Of a DNA stretch of 64,000 nucleotides, positions 13,031-26,361 are shown piece by piece. The notes under the pieces are model-generated. The model ran no database searches. It worked only from the letters and a program-made list of their open reading frames with translations, and was not told the origin of the DNA. Numbering within the stretch: position 1 is the first letter of the stretch; the number at the start of each line of letters is the position of its first letter. Source of the stretch: Octopus bimaculoides (lineage: Eukaryota); assembly GCF_001194135.2 (NCBI RefSeq), contig NC_069005.1, positions 15,421,051 to 15,485,050 on the forward strand, written 5' to 3'. The translations under genes were made by a program, and so were the position numbers.

Positions 13031-13720
13031 ACGTATGGCTGACCATACTTCAAGCATATTTGAAGTGGTAACAAGTTTGTATTTAAACACATCACTATTT
13101 AGCATTGTCACCCCATAAAATTATGACAAATTTAAAAATGAAAGCAGCTGTGTGTGTGTATGTGCATGCATGCATGCGTGTCCCCTATGCTGTGCCTTTG
13201 ATTTGCTATTCATTTGTAGCTACATAATGCAAAAATTCTCATTAGTGAATTCAGATATAAAACTAAAGAAGACACACGAACACACAGTACGATGATATAA
13301 TAATGATGGTGGTGATGGTAATAGTGTTGGCTGTGATAATGGTGGCACAGAAGGCATGGTGGCGGTGATGGTGGTGGTGGTGGTGGTGGGGTGTTTCAAA
13401 TTTCATTCTAACAGATGGTTGTCTTCCATAGTATTGATTATCAACAATCAATAAAGCTAATTAATTACATCAACTGTAAGGCTGATCAACCAACCTAGTC
13501 TACTTTTATTTTTTTACTTTATTTATTTCCTTTTTTATATACACAAGAACTTGTTACACATCAGACACCAATGCCAAAAGCAGTAAAATTAGAGTAGTAG
13601 AGGTTGTTGTTGTTGTTGCTGCTGTTGTCTTACAAATTTATTTGAGAAATAATATTAAAAACAAAAAACAAACAACCAAAGTAAATCTTGTTGAAGTCAA
13701 GGACTTGATAAGGTTTTCTC

Positions 13721-13757
<37 letters not shown>

Positions 13758-13875
13758 TATACATATTCATATACATACATACATCTTTATAGACATACAT
13801 ATATGCACATACATACACACACACATATATAAATAAATATACATACATATACACACACACACACATATAATCTAC

Positions 13876-13911
<36 letters not shown>

Positions 13912-14558
13912 ACAGACATATATACACAAATGCATGTAAGTGCCTGTGCATATACATGAGGAGGGAGAATAAGAGAGGAAGAGATGGAGGAAATACTCCT
14001 TCCTGGAAAGGAAATTGAAACATATACAAGGAAAATCTTGTTAAATTTCAATAAAAGACAATGCCAGAAAAATAGTAACAACAAAGCAAAAGAGGAAATA
14101 AAAGGAAGGTGGGGGTGAGGGGGGAATGGGTACAAAAACTAAAATAGATATAATATAATCAGTCCAGTAAGTAGTTTGTATTTAAAGTACGTGTGCATGC
14201 CCAGGGTGTCCGAGTGCATTTGTTTATTAAAGAACAGAGAGAACAAATCTATTGTTATATGTCTGTTGAGAATGTTGGATTGGTAGAACCAATAGGGGAC
14301 TGGAGAAAATGTTTTGTTCTGTGTTTTCATTCTTTACATTCTGAGTTCAAATCCTATATTGGCCACTGGTCAACTTTGTCTTTCATCCTTCATGGGTCCA
14401 TAGATTAAAACACCAGTCCAGGTGAGTGGATTAGTAGAGTTCTGAGTGTTGGACCAAACAATGCCTTGTGGTATTTGTTTTGGCTCTTTACATTATGAGT
14501 TTGAATCCCAATGAGGTCAACTTTGCCTTTCATCTCTTTAGGGTCAATAAAGTAGAAG

Positions 14559-14695
14559 AGTCTTGTATAGGAAAGTCTTAATTGGGGGAGTCATGTATGG
14601 GGAAGTCTTGTATGTATGAGTCCTCTACGGAGGAGTCTTGTATGTGAGAGATTTGTATGGGAGGAATCTTGTATGGGAAGAGTCTTGTACAGAGG
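14559..14695. repeat. 15-16-bp minisatellite (agtcttgtatgggag, ~9 units)
   Basis: Repeating agtcttgtat motif directly after a SINE B fragment. Confidence 0.75.
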
Positions 14696-15239
14696 TGTTT
14701 AGTGTAAATACTATGAAAACTCAAAGAATGCCAGCCTGATAAACCCAAAACTTCAAGGCAGACATTTTACACACATTTATTTCCTTTTTCAAGCCTGGTA
14801 ATAATTCTAACAGTCTCTTTTGCTGAACTGCTAAGTTCTGGGCCTGTGAAGATATGAACACCAGTTGTCAAGACACACAAAGAGACATGCACACATACAC
14901 ACATTAGGGGAAAGACCTTGAATAAAGTTGCATAGTCTAATAACCAGTTGAAAGTAACTGGATGCAAATGCAATTTTGAGATAGCTATGCAGCAGAACCA
15001 TGAGTTGGACACATTTAAATCAAATATGCTGTACAAAAAATATGCAGATGTACTAATCTTTGTATTCATAGTTAATTGTCCTGGTTTATACACTTAGTAA
15101 AATATTTATAATCTAGTGAAGTGGACCCAGGATTTACTCATCGGATGAGTTGCTTCTACTAAATATTAATAAAAATATACATATACTCATATTTCGAGTT
15201 CTAGTTTTCCTGTTTGCATCAACATACCTATATATATAG

Positions 15240-15295
<56 letters not shown>

Positions 15296-15588
15296 CTACA
15301 ATGGGCTTCTTTCAGCTCTCTATCTATGAAATCCACTCACAAGGTTTTGGTCAACCTGAGGCTATAGCAGCAGAGTGTTTTAATGTATATTTAGCTTGGG
15401 ATTAAAGGTAATGAGTGGGTGACTTGATTCAGGCCTGACCTATACAATAAATAATTTGATCTAAGTACTGCAACTTTTCACATTCACTGTTCATAAAATA
15501 TACAGAATCACTACAGTTAGTCAATAAAAATCTAATATGGATGAATATTTTAATAGTTGAAACAGACCAAAATAATGAGTAGAGTTAC

Positions 15589-15726
15589 CTGTTTCTTTAT
15601 CAAAATTAGAATAATTTGAGAGCCCCAAAAGCTTTGAATGAGAATCTTCATCTACTTCTTCAATATCTCCAAGATCAATCACTGAGTCAAGGTTTGAAAA
15701 CGGTACTTTATCATCTGGAAATAGAA
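15589..15726 (-). CDS. RIMBP2: RIMS-binding protein exon: acidic linker (VLFPDDKVPFSNLDSVIDLGDIEEVDEDSHSKLLGLSNYSNFDKET)
   Basis: Acceptor gttttcgttcttag| (alternative in-frame ttccag| at 15714), donor GAAACAG|gtaact; 138 or 126 nt, phase 1-1, stop-free, joins the FN3 exon in frame. Confidence 0.75.
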
Positions 15727-16869
15727 CTAAGAACGAAAACAAAAAAATATTTTTAAATCTGAACACATACATAAATGTATATAGATATATATATATATTC
15801 TTTTATTCGTTTCAGTCATTTCACAGCGGCCATGCTGGAGCACTGCCTTTAGTTGAACAAATCGACAGGACTTATTCTTTGTAAGCCTAGTACTTATTCT
15901 ATCAGTCTCTTTTTGCCAAACTGCTAAGTTACGGGGGATGTAAATACACCAGCATTGGTTGTCAAGCGATGTTTGGGGGACAAACACAGGCACACACATA
16001 TATATATGACAGGCTTCTTTTCTACCAAATCCACTCACAAGGTTTTAGTTGACCTGAGGCTATAGCAGAAGCCACCTGCTCAAGGTGTCATGCAGTGGGA
16101 CTGAACCCAGAACCATGTGGTTGGTAAGCAAGCTATTTACCACACTACACACATACATATATAGTCATACACAAATATGTATACATATGTATTTATACAT
16201 ATATGTGCTTATACATATACATCTATATGTGTGTGTGTGTGCATGGGCATGTTTTTGTTTGAGTGCAAGGAAATAAATAATTTTGTGGAGAAAATAAGAT
16301 TATGTGATGTCTGAACATAAATTTTTATATCAAATTTAATAAGTAAAAATAATTATAGGAATGTAAGATGGAGTTAACCCCTTAAAGCAGGTTAAACAAT
16401 GTAACTTGGTGATTTTTCAAGTGGGACACTGTGGCCCACAGATCTTGTGGGTCAAGGATTCGGAGAGAAATTTTTGCATGTAGGAACATGACCAAGGGAG
16501 GATTTTTCAAATTCAAAAATGCTGCAAATTTAAATTAAAAAAACGTTTTTTTTTAAATTTCAGGGAGTGAGAGGAGTTGTCATCAGATACACACAGGCCT
16601 CTAATTGGGTCACCTTGTCCCTGGATCAATGAATTAGCTGAATCATGCTCTTATAGACCAGCTAATGACAATGGTTATGGGGAGCAAATACACTTGCTCC
16701 CATTCCTGCTTAGAGTATGGCTAAGTGGTTAGGGGTTTTTGGCTCATGGTTGTGAGTTCAATTCCCAGTGATATGTTGTGTCCTTGAGCAAGACACTTTA
16801 TTTCACATTTTTTACACTTTTACATATCCTGTAGTCTAGTTGACCATTGGGGTACCACCGATGACTTTG

Positions 16870-18110
16870 CAATCAAGGTGAAGGTTAGCAATGAGTATTA
16901 CAAGGAATTCAGGGTATATCAGTTCTAAGCCCCCTCTTGTTCATCATAATTCACCAGGCAATAACAGAGGAATTTAAGATGGGCTGCCCCTGGGAGCTCC
17001 TCTATATTGATGACTTTGTTCTTATAACCGAATCACGATCCGAAGTAGAGAAGAAATTTCAGGTGTGGAGGCAAGGCCTAGAGTCAAAGGGCCTTAGAGT
17101 TAATCTAACAAAAATAGAAGTCTTAGTAATTAGGAAAGCAGACAAATCACAAATCCCTTCAGGTAGATGACCCTGCTTAATCTGTAGGAAAGGCATTGGT
17201 AGAGACTCTATAAGATGTACCTGGAGTAAGCTATGGCCACATGAAAGGAGCAGCAATATCAGAGGAAGGTTAACTGGGAAAATAACTTTTGTGTGTGGAA
17301 GGTGCACAGGTACAATAAACACCAAAAATGAACAGAAAATAGACTCCATTAACTGCCAGTGGGGTAAGCTAGAGTAGTAGATAGCTTCCGTTATCTAGGT
17401 GACCAAGTTAGTAGCAGAGGTAGATGCTCCAAGAGTGTAGGCTTGAAAGAAATGAAGCTAGTATGCTTCACTGGATGTGTAATGTCAGTGTGCATGTATG
17501 ACAGAGTGTAAGCATCTTGAGAGAAAAGTTGGGTATAAGATGTGGTGTGCAAGAGAGACAACTGCACTGGTATGGTCATATGATGTGTATGGACGAGTAC
17601 AGCTGTGCAATGAAGTGCCAATCTCTAACTGTGAAGGGAACCTGTGGTAGAGGTAGACCCAGGAAGACATAGGACGAAGTGGTGAAGCATGATCTTTGGA
17701 CTTTGGGTCTCACAGAGGCAATGACTAGTGACTGAGACCTTTGGTGATATGCTGTGCTTGAGAAAACCCGTCAAGCCAAGTGAAATCATAGTCATGACCA
17801 ATACTGGTGTCATGTAAAAAGCACCTTTTAAAGAGTTGGGCCTCACAGAGTCAATGACAAATGACAAAGACCTTTGGCATTATACCATGTTTGAGAAGAA
17901 GGCCCAAGAGAAATCATAGTCATGGCAGATACTGGTGCTATGCAAATGGCACCCATTACACTCTTGGAGTGGTTGGCATTAGGAAGGGCATCCAGCCAAA
18001 GAAACCATGTCAAATCAGATGAAAGTCTGGTACAGCCTTCCAGCCCTGGTCAAACCGTCCAACCCATTCCAGTATGGAAACACAGACATTGAATAATGAT
18101 GATGATGGTG
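16870..18110 (+). mobile_element. 5'-truncated RTE-clade LINE (RT remnant, 3' UTR, (GAT)n tail)
   Basis: Decayed RT: SPLLFII...GCPWELLYIDD, GLESKGLRVNLTK, DSFRYLGD, QLHWYGHMM, GTCGRGRPRKT; ends aataatgatgatgatg. Confidence 0.9.
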
Positions 18111-18710
18111 ATCCCTCCACCCATCTCTGTCTTCTGCCTCTCGTACTGTGTCTCTCATCTTTAGGCCTGTCCACTCACACATGTTGTTTTCCCACCTCTT
18201 TCTCTGCCTCTGCGTCTGCTACTTTCGACTGTTCCCTGAAGGATTATTTTGGCTCAGTCCAACTAGGTTTACAAAAATGAGTAATACCTGTAATTCAAAG
18301 GGTCAGCAATGTTACATTCTGTATCATGCAGGATCTCCCTAAGAACTATGTTAAGGGTACAAATGTCACGAGCAGGCTGTTCCATTGATTGGATCAACTG
18401 AAACCTTGTCATCACAACTGACAGAATGGCAGTTAGAGTGTAGGCATAAATAGATAATAATGACTTGGAGGCGAAAAAAATAAACTCTCATAGACACTAC
18501 AGTATTAAACTTTAAGAATAAAGTGGGAGTAAGTGTACAGAAGTATATATAAAGTTATTAGTGTCATATATACATCTACAAACATAACTCCATGAATAAT
18601 CATATAGACATGTATAGATACTGAAGTGTCACAGATACACTTAGAAAAATACATGCATGAATAAACAAATAGAGACACAGATATAAAAACTTCATGCTGT
18701 TTAAATCTTC

Positions 18711-19385
18711 ATTAAAATAAACCTATTTTGATGTATTTTGGAAGGGTCATTATGCCAATAACAAACACACACATGCACCAATAGTATTTCACTTCTTTAC
18801 TATTTATTTGTCAGTTGGTTAAGTATCTAACCAATTAACTAATAAATTGTTTGATTGGCTAATTTCTTGGTTAATCAATTGATCAGTTTGGTTTGTCAAA
18901 GTCCTTTCATCACCATTTGCAATGAAATTATCAATTCAATGATTGAAGAAAAGACCCTCTATGTAGCTGCTTACTGTGTTAAAAATGGCAGCCAAATCTC
19001 CCTCCAAATGCACATTACCATTGGAAAAGTAGAAAGATTACATTAAACAGTGATTAAAATAAACTTTTTATACTTTGATGTATCTTCGGAGGGTTATTAT
19101 GCCAACAATAAACACACACTGGTTCAATTTCACTTCTTTATTATTTATTTGTCAATTGGTCAACTGTTTAACCAATTAACTAATAAATTGATTGGTTAAT
19201 TGTTTGGTTAATCAATTAATCAATTTGGTTTGTCAAAGTCCTTTCATCACTATTTGCAATGAAATGATTATTTCAGTGATTGGAGACATTCTATGTAACA
19301 GCTCACTGTGTTGAAAATGGCAACCAAATCTCCCTTTAATTGCACTCAAGCATTGCAAAAGCAGAAAGAGTACATTGAACAATGC
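18711..19385. repeat. Tandem duplication, ~342-bp unit x2
   Basis: attaaaataaac at 18711 and 19053; shared blocks aaccaattaactaataaattg, tttgtcaaagtcctttcatcac, aaaatggca.ccaaatctccct. Confidence 0.9.
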
Positions 19386-19613
19386 AAGTATAGATACAAT
19401 ATATCAAAAACTAAGATGTGATGGTCACAGAGGGAATGGTTTTTATCGCAGGTTTGCTTGATCAAATGCTGATCTTAGACTAACCACCATCACCACCACC
19501 ACCACCACCACCACCACAACCACCGCCACCGCCGTTAGTTTTGTTACATTTTGAAAAATAAAAATCTATTTTATGGTTTATTATTGTTTATATTTTGAAT
19601 TACATTATATATA

Positions 19614-20845
19614 CAGGGGTTGGACAAAATAATGGAAATACATAGTATCATAATTTTGAAATATCTATAAAACCATCAAAAGCTTGTTTATTTTTATGCT
19701 TTTTGATTTATTATTAATGTTGCTTAATATGTTTTGCTAAAATTGCTGTTTCTTTTCAGATATCATCAAAAAAAGGTAATTAAAATTCATTAAAATGACA
19801 GATTTATTGGACTTTCGAAGTGGTCAAATTGTTGGTGCTCGTATGGCAGGTGCTAGCATAATGAAAACAGCTGAAATGTTTGGTGTTTCAAGAAGTACTG
19901 TCTCAAAAGTAATGACAGCCTTTGAGAAAGAGGGAAAAACCTCCTTGTCAAAACAAAACTCTGGAAGAAAAGCAACACTTTCAGATAGGGACTGTCGGAC
20001 TCTTACGCCAATTGTTAGAAAGGATCACAAAAGTACAGCTCCCAAAATTACTGTAGAGCTTAATGACCACCTCAAGAACCCAGTTTCCACAAAAACTGTT
20101 TGCTGGGAGCTGCACAAAGCCAGATTTCATGGGAGGGCTGCAATCAGAAAACCACTACTTTCAAAAATAAATGTTGCAAAGCGTTTAGAGTGGAGTAAAA
20201 ACCTACAGAATTGGTCCCTAGAGCTGTGGAAGAATGTTATTTTCTTGAACGAGTCATCCTTTACCTCATTTCCAACCACTGGCCAATGTGGAGATTGCCT
20301 TCTTCCAACTGTTAAACATGGAGGAGGATCTGTGACAATCTGTGGGGCTATATCTTGGAAATCTGCTGGCCCAATGGTTTCCCTTCATGGCAGAATTAAT
20401 AGTCAAGACTATTTAAGCATTTTATCTGATCAAATTCATCCTAAGGTTGCGGAACTGTTTCTGGAGTGAAACACAATTTTTCAGGATGATAATGCACCAA
20501 TTCACACAGCTAAAGTTGTTACTGAATGGTATGAGGAACATTCTAGTGAAGTTGAACATCTTATCTAACCACCACAGACCCCAGATCTCAATATTATCGA
20601 ACATTTATGGAGAATTTTAGAAAAACAAATAAGGAGTTGAGATCCTCCACCATCATCACTACAAGAACTGGAGACTGTTTTAGCTGAAGAATGGACAAAA
20701 ATTCCTTTGGAAACAATTAAAACTTTGTACGAGTCCATACCTCATAGAATTCAAGCTGTAATTACTGCCAAAGGTCGTCCTACCCCATATTAAAATAAAT
20801 TTGTTTGAAATTTTGAGGTGTTTCCATTATTTAGTCCAACCCCTG
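19614..20845 (+). mobile_element. Full-length Tc1/mariner-superfamily DNA transposon, DD36E spacing, transposase pseudogenised
   Basis: TA target duplications at 19612-13 and 20846-47; ~28-bp TIRs caggggttggac(a/t)aaataatggaaa(t/c)ac; transposase from 19795 with HTH-like N-terminus, IFLNESSF (D>N), FQDDNAPIHT, PDLNIIEHLW; in-frame stops near 20467, 20566, 20638. Confidence 0.93.
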
Positions 20846-22682
20846 TATATGGGAGCACCAAAATCTTTTAAGTGTTTTGAGCTTCAATGGGTCTTAATCT
20901 GGATTTGTGGTTAATAATGATGGTATGATCTGAGATGATTAAATAGATGATTAATGAGCACTGAACAAACAGCACTGAGGTAATTGATCAAGTGTTTGGG
21001 AATTAACTGGAACATCTAAAAGATATGAAATATAGGTTTGAATTTATTGTTCTGACAACAAACCATTTGACTTTTATTAAAGTCAGCAATAACCTGACAT
21101 CACAGTTAAAGAAGATTGGCTGTAGGTGGTATTTAGTTATGGATTATATTAAGATAAGGAAATGTGTTAGAGTTTACACTCATCTCATCGGACAATGGTG
21201 GTGGTGATGGTGTTTATGGGTAGTTCTAGTAAGCTTTGCTAATGCATCAAAGTTTGTTAAGCATGTTCAGCTGGTAAGAAATTCTCAAGACAGCTGATCA
21301 GTGAAAGGTCTTCAGAGAAGAACTCCCCCACCGCCATCTCAGGCAGATGTTTCGGCCCTTAACTTCTTACATTCTAAGGAGGCTAGACCACATCTAGGTC
21401 ATGACTCCTGGGTGTCCTGCTGACACTTTTTAGCCACTTATTGGAGACTTGGTCATTTAAACTGCCCGGAGATTTCATCTAGTTGTAACTGCTATCTGTT
21501 GATTCAGTTTTCAAACTTACACTTAACGAAGAAATAACTTTGGTTGTCATGGTAGCAGTGCAACATTAATGCTATCACAATGACTTACTCAGAGTTACTT
21601 CCCTTAATATTAAAATACAAAAATATTCTTTTCTACTCAAGGCACAAAGCCTGAAAGTTTTGGGGAGGGGGCCAGTCGATTAGATTGACCCCAGTATGCA
21701 ACTGGTACTTAATTTATCGACTCTGAAAGGATGAAAGGCAAAGTCGACCTTGACAAGATTTGAACTCAGAACTTAAAGACAGATGAAATATTGCTAAGCA
21801 TTTCGTCTGGCATGCTAACATTTCTGCCAGCTCGTTGCCTTAAAATACAAAAATATTGTCTTCATATAGTATGGAGGTGGTTTTGGTTCCTCCTTGACCA
21901 CATCCAGATATTTTAGATACAGGAATGTTACTTTTATTTCAGATAACTTGTCCTAGAATTCAAGCTGACTAAAATGTCTTCTTCCTCACAAAAATATGGA
22001 ATGAAATTGGTCAACAATATTTTGGTATTAGTGGAAGAAATTCTTTTAATGACATTATGGTTAATGCCTTGAAATGAAACACACTATTTCTCCTTGAGTT
22101 ATAATTCAGAAGATAAGATCATGATATACTTCCAAGATCAAGTATAACCCCAATAGTCAAACAAAAAATATATTTCTAAAATTACTTGTCCCCTTCAGCT
22201 GCTCTCTTCCTGGATCTGCTTCGGGATCCTGAGATGCAGATCCTTTGTGCTCCCACCCAACATCTCCCAGAAAAATTTGCAAGCTGTAGGTGGAGACTGC
22301 AATATATTTTTTGACTGGATTCTTTATCTAAGATGCAAGCATTTCCCTTGTTAACCCATTGGACAGACAATGCAGCATGTTTATTCTTTCAAACTCCTTT
22401 CATATTGCAGTTTTTGGTGGTCCTATTTGTGCCTGGCATCAAGCTGGTATTTACATTTGACTTGTGACTTGAAAAGCCTAATGATGACTTTCTCCGATAG
22501 GACTCTATGGAGAGGGTGCTTGTGGGTTCTACTCCTTAGGGAATAGTGGGTAGAGAAGATGCATGGATGGACTTGTCACTTTTTCTGGTATGAATTAGAG
22601 ATATAACAAAAACAATTAATTTTCTAAATCAACCATGAATTCTACACTAGTAGCAGACCAACAAAATATATACATTTCTTAA

Positions 22683-23055
22683 TCTGATGCCAGCATAGTC
22701 TGCTTTTGGCTCAAAGTATATCAATATTGGTATTGTGATAAATTCCCTGCAGCACCGTCATAAAATATAAAGTAGCTGTCAAGACAAGAAAACATCAGAG
22801 TATTTGCAAAGCTACAAAAATTACTATTTATTTTTTACTTTGATGTCATCTTAGTCGGCCTCTGGCTTGAAGTATAACAATGTTGGTATTGTGGTAAATT
22901 CCTTGAGCACTGTCATGAAATATAAAGTGGTTGTCAAGACAAGAGTTCATCAGAGTGTTAGCAAAACTACAAATCGTACATTTTTTTTTTTACTCTGATG
23001 TCATCTTAGTTTGCCTTTGTGTCAATGTACAATGATATTGGCATTGCAGTAAATT
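22683..23055. repeat. Tandem repeat, ~156-bp unit x2.3
   Basis: t(c/t)tgatg(c/t)ca at about 22683, 22839, 22993; repeated aaatataaagt...gtcaagacaaga. Confidence 0.85.
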
Positions 23056-25474
23056 CCTGGAATGTGAAGCAGCAGTCAAGAGAAGAGGCTTTCAGAGTAT
23101 CTAACAGCAAAGTCTTAAAGAACCCAAGATAAATAAAAGAATGGCCATTTGGTATCATTGTTATTGCATAGCTCTGGTGCCTATGCACATTTATTCTCCC
23201 AAGGGAGTCAAGGGTAAAGGAATTGAAGTGTGAGACAGAATTGTTGCTTCCATGATGCAGTCATGGCACTTGGTATTTACCTATAATTTAATCTAGTTAT
23301 AGTCAACTAATCTGTAGTTACTTATGATTAACACAGAATCGAGAGCTGAATACATGGCAGTGTTCTGTTCCCAGTGTTAATGGATATTAGTGCAAAGCTT
23401 ACATAGATTGTATACAGATTAGTTGAAATGGTGAGAAAGAGAGAGAGGAGAGACAAGGAGGAAGAGATAATAACAATGGTCTGGATATATCCTAAGGATA
23501 GAAGAGATGATGTTTGTTGAATATTAAAATGGCATAAAACAATATAAGGTTTAAGGTGGTTAGGGGAGTTGCAAGTGGGTAAGGTAGCTAGGTTAATAAT
23601 AGACAAACTGATAGAGATATAGAGACAAATATATGCAGATAGACAGACACACATATAGATAGATAGGTAGATAGATAGATAGATATTTGAATAGACATAT
23701 AAACTGGTCGGTCATCGGTTACAATGACAAAGGTTCCAGTTGATCTGATCAACAGGAACAGCCTGCTTGCGAAATTTACATGCTAGTGGTTGAGCACTCC
23801 ACAGATACCTGTGCCCTTAATGTAGTTCTCAGGGAGATTCAGTGTGACACAAAATGTGACAAGGCTGGCCCTTTGTAATACGGGCTACTACTCATTTTTA
23901 CCAGCTGAGTGGACTGGAGCAACATGAAATAAAGTGTTTTGATCAAGGACACAATGCACTGCTGGGAATCGAACTCATGACCTTACAATCGTGAGCCGAA
24001 TGCCCTAACCACTAAGCCACATGCTTTCACCAATAAACATATAAATGGACATATAAACAGACAGATGTATTGACAGACAGACATATAAATTGATAGACAG
24101 ATAACTAAACAAGCATTTAGATAAGCAGCCAGACGTACATACAGATGATCAGACAGAAGCAATATTCAAATGGCACTTGTCAAAGATTTCATGCAACTCC
24201 TGCTTCAAAAGTTTTACAAGAATAAAACAAACACAAAAACATAAAAACGAGATCAAATATTAAAATTAAATAATTAAATTTAAAAAATTAAAACCAAAGC
24301 AATTTGTACAATAACAGACACTCTAAGGGGGTGGGGAGTAAGTGATATTACTGGAGATTTCTGAAGTAAAATAAAATATAAAAAAACAAAATATTAAAAA
24401 ATAAAACAAAAATATATTTTAAAAAATTAATTAAATAGACAAACAAGATATTAAAACGAAGGAAAGTAAACAAAAGAAATTCATGCTGGTAATTACAATA
24501 AAAATAAATGAAAATAAATAAATTCTGAGAATAACAAGTGGGTGTAATTAGAAAAACAGAGGTAGAAGGTGAATGATACAATTATGAAAGGGTGAAAGAG
24601 TAATTTCATTTACTTTAGCAAGGAGAGGCAATAAATAAATAAATAAATAATAGCCATGACAATAAAAATCAAAATCAACTTAACCTGACAAAACAATTTA
24701 TATTTTTTAAGGAAAGAAGAAAGATGTGTTTAGGAGAGAATTAACAGAGAAAATAATAAACACATGTATTCATAATTGTGTGTGTGTATGTGTGTGTAAT
24801 GTGAGAGAGAGAGAGAAACATGGGGTATGCTTTGTTTGGTGAAGGGTGAAATGTCAGATTCTTGCCCTGTAAAGATAATGATGAAGGAAGCGAAACAATA
24901 GCATCACTCTTGGCTTCTCACTGATGGTGACGAGGAAAAGGAGGAAGAAGAAAAAGGAGAAGAAAGAAGAGGAAAAGAATAGAAGGAAGAGAAAGAAAAG
25001 AAGAGAAACTTGAAGAGTTTTATACGAAAGAAAAAAAAACACAAGAAAAACCTCTCATCAATTTGTCAAATTTTCTAAAAGAAACAGAAAAAAATTTTTT
25101 TTAAAGAAATAAAAACTAAAATAAAAAAGAAACATGAAAAGAATGAAAAAATATTCTTTCAAGTTCTTGAAGAAAACAAAAAACAAAAAAAAGTAAATAA
25201 ATAAACAACCAAAAGGAATATTACTAATCTGAAGAATTTTGATTTCAAATTTTCAAATAATTCACAAATTCATTCGTCTCTAAGATATAGATTTTCATCA
25301 ATGACTATCAATATTGATTTTGTGGCTGTGTGGTAAGAAGCTTACTTCCCAACCATGTGCTTTTGGGTTCAGTCACACTGCATGGCACCTTGGGCAAGTA
25401 TCTTCTACTGTAGTCCAGGGCCAGCCAATGCCTTGTGAGTGAATTTGCTAGACAGAAACTGTACAGAACTTCTT

Positions 25475-25538
<64 letters not shown>

Positions 25539-26254
25539 ATATATATATAGATATATAGATATATACACATATGTATGTGTGTGTCTTTTTGCCTGTCACC
25601 CCATCACCATTTGGCAATCGGTGTTGGTATGTTTATGTCCCCATGGCTAAGCAGTTCAGCAAAAGAGGCCAACACAATAAGTACTAACCTAAAAATAGCC
25701 CTGGGGTTGATTTGTTTGACTAAAATCCCTTCAAGGTGGTGCTCCAGCATGGCTGTAATTAAATGACTGAAACAAGTAAATGATAAAAGATGCACACACA
25801 AACTAAGCACTTGAATCACATGTTAGTTTAGTGTGCATCTGTGTCATCATTGTCATCATCACCATCATCAATGTTTTATTGTTTATCTTTCCAAGTCTGC
25901 AAGGATCAGATGGAATGTGTCGGGGCAGATTTTTGCCCTTCTAGTTGCCAACCCTCATTTGTTTTGAAGTAAGGTAATATATCCCCATTGTTGGATATGT
26001 TTCCACAGGAGATTGGAAATACAGAATACTGCTTGTATGAAGGTGAAGCTTGTTTACGACTATCTGTCGGATAATGTCAAGACATAGACACACACACACA
26101 ACAGGCTTCATTCAGTTTCTGTCTACCAAACTCAGAAAGCTTTCACTGGCCTGCTATAGCTATAGTAGATGATACTTGGCCAAGGTGCCACACAGGAGAC
26201 TGAACCCAAAACTATAGGATTGGGAATAAAACTTCTTAAATGTACAGCAATGCC

Positions 26255-26361
<107 letters not shown>

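Noticed and set aside
21300-21400. ggccgaaacatc on the minus strand with an upstream ccttа-like/taagg stem, suggesting a hammerhead
   Set aside because: No recognisable CUGANGA box at the required position.
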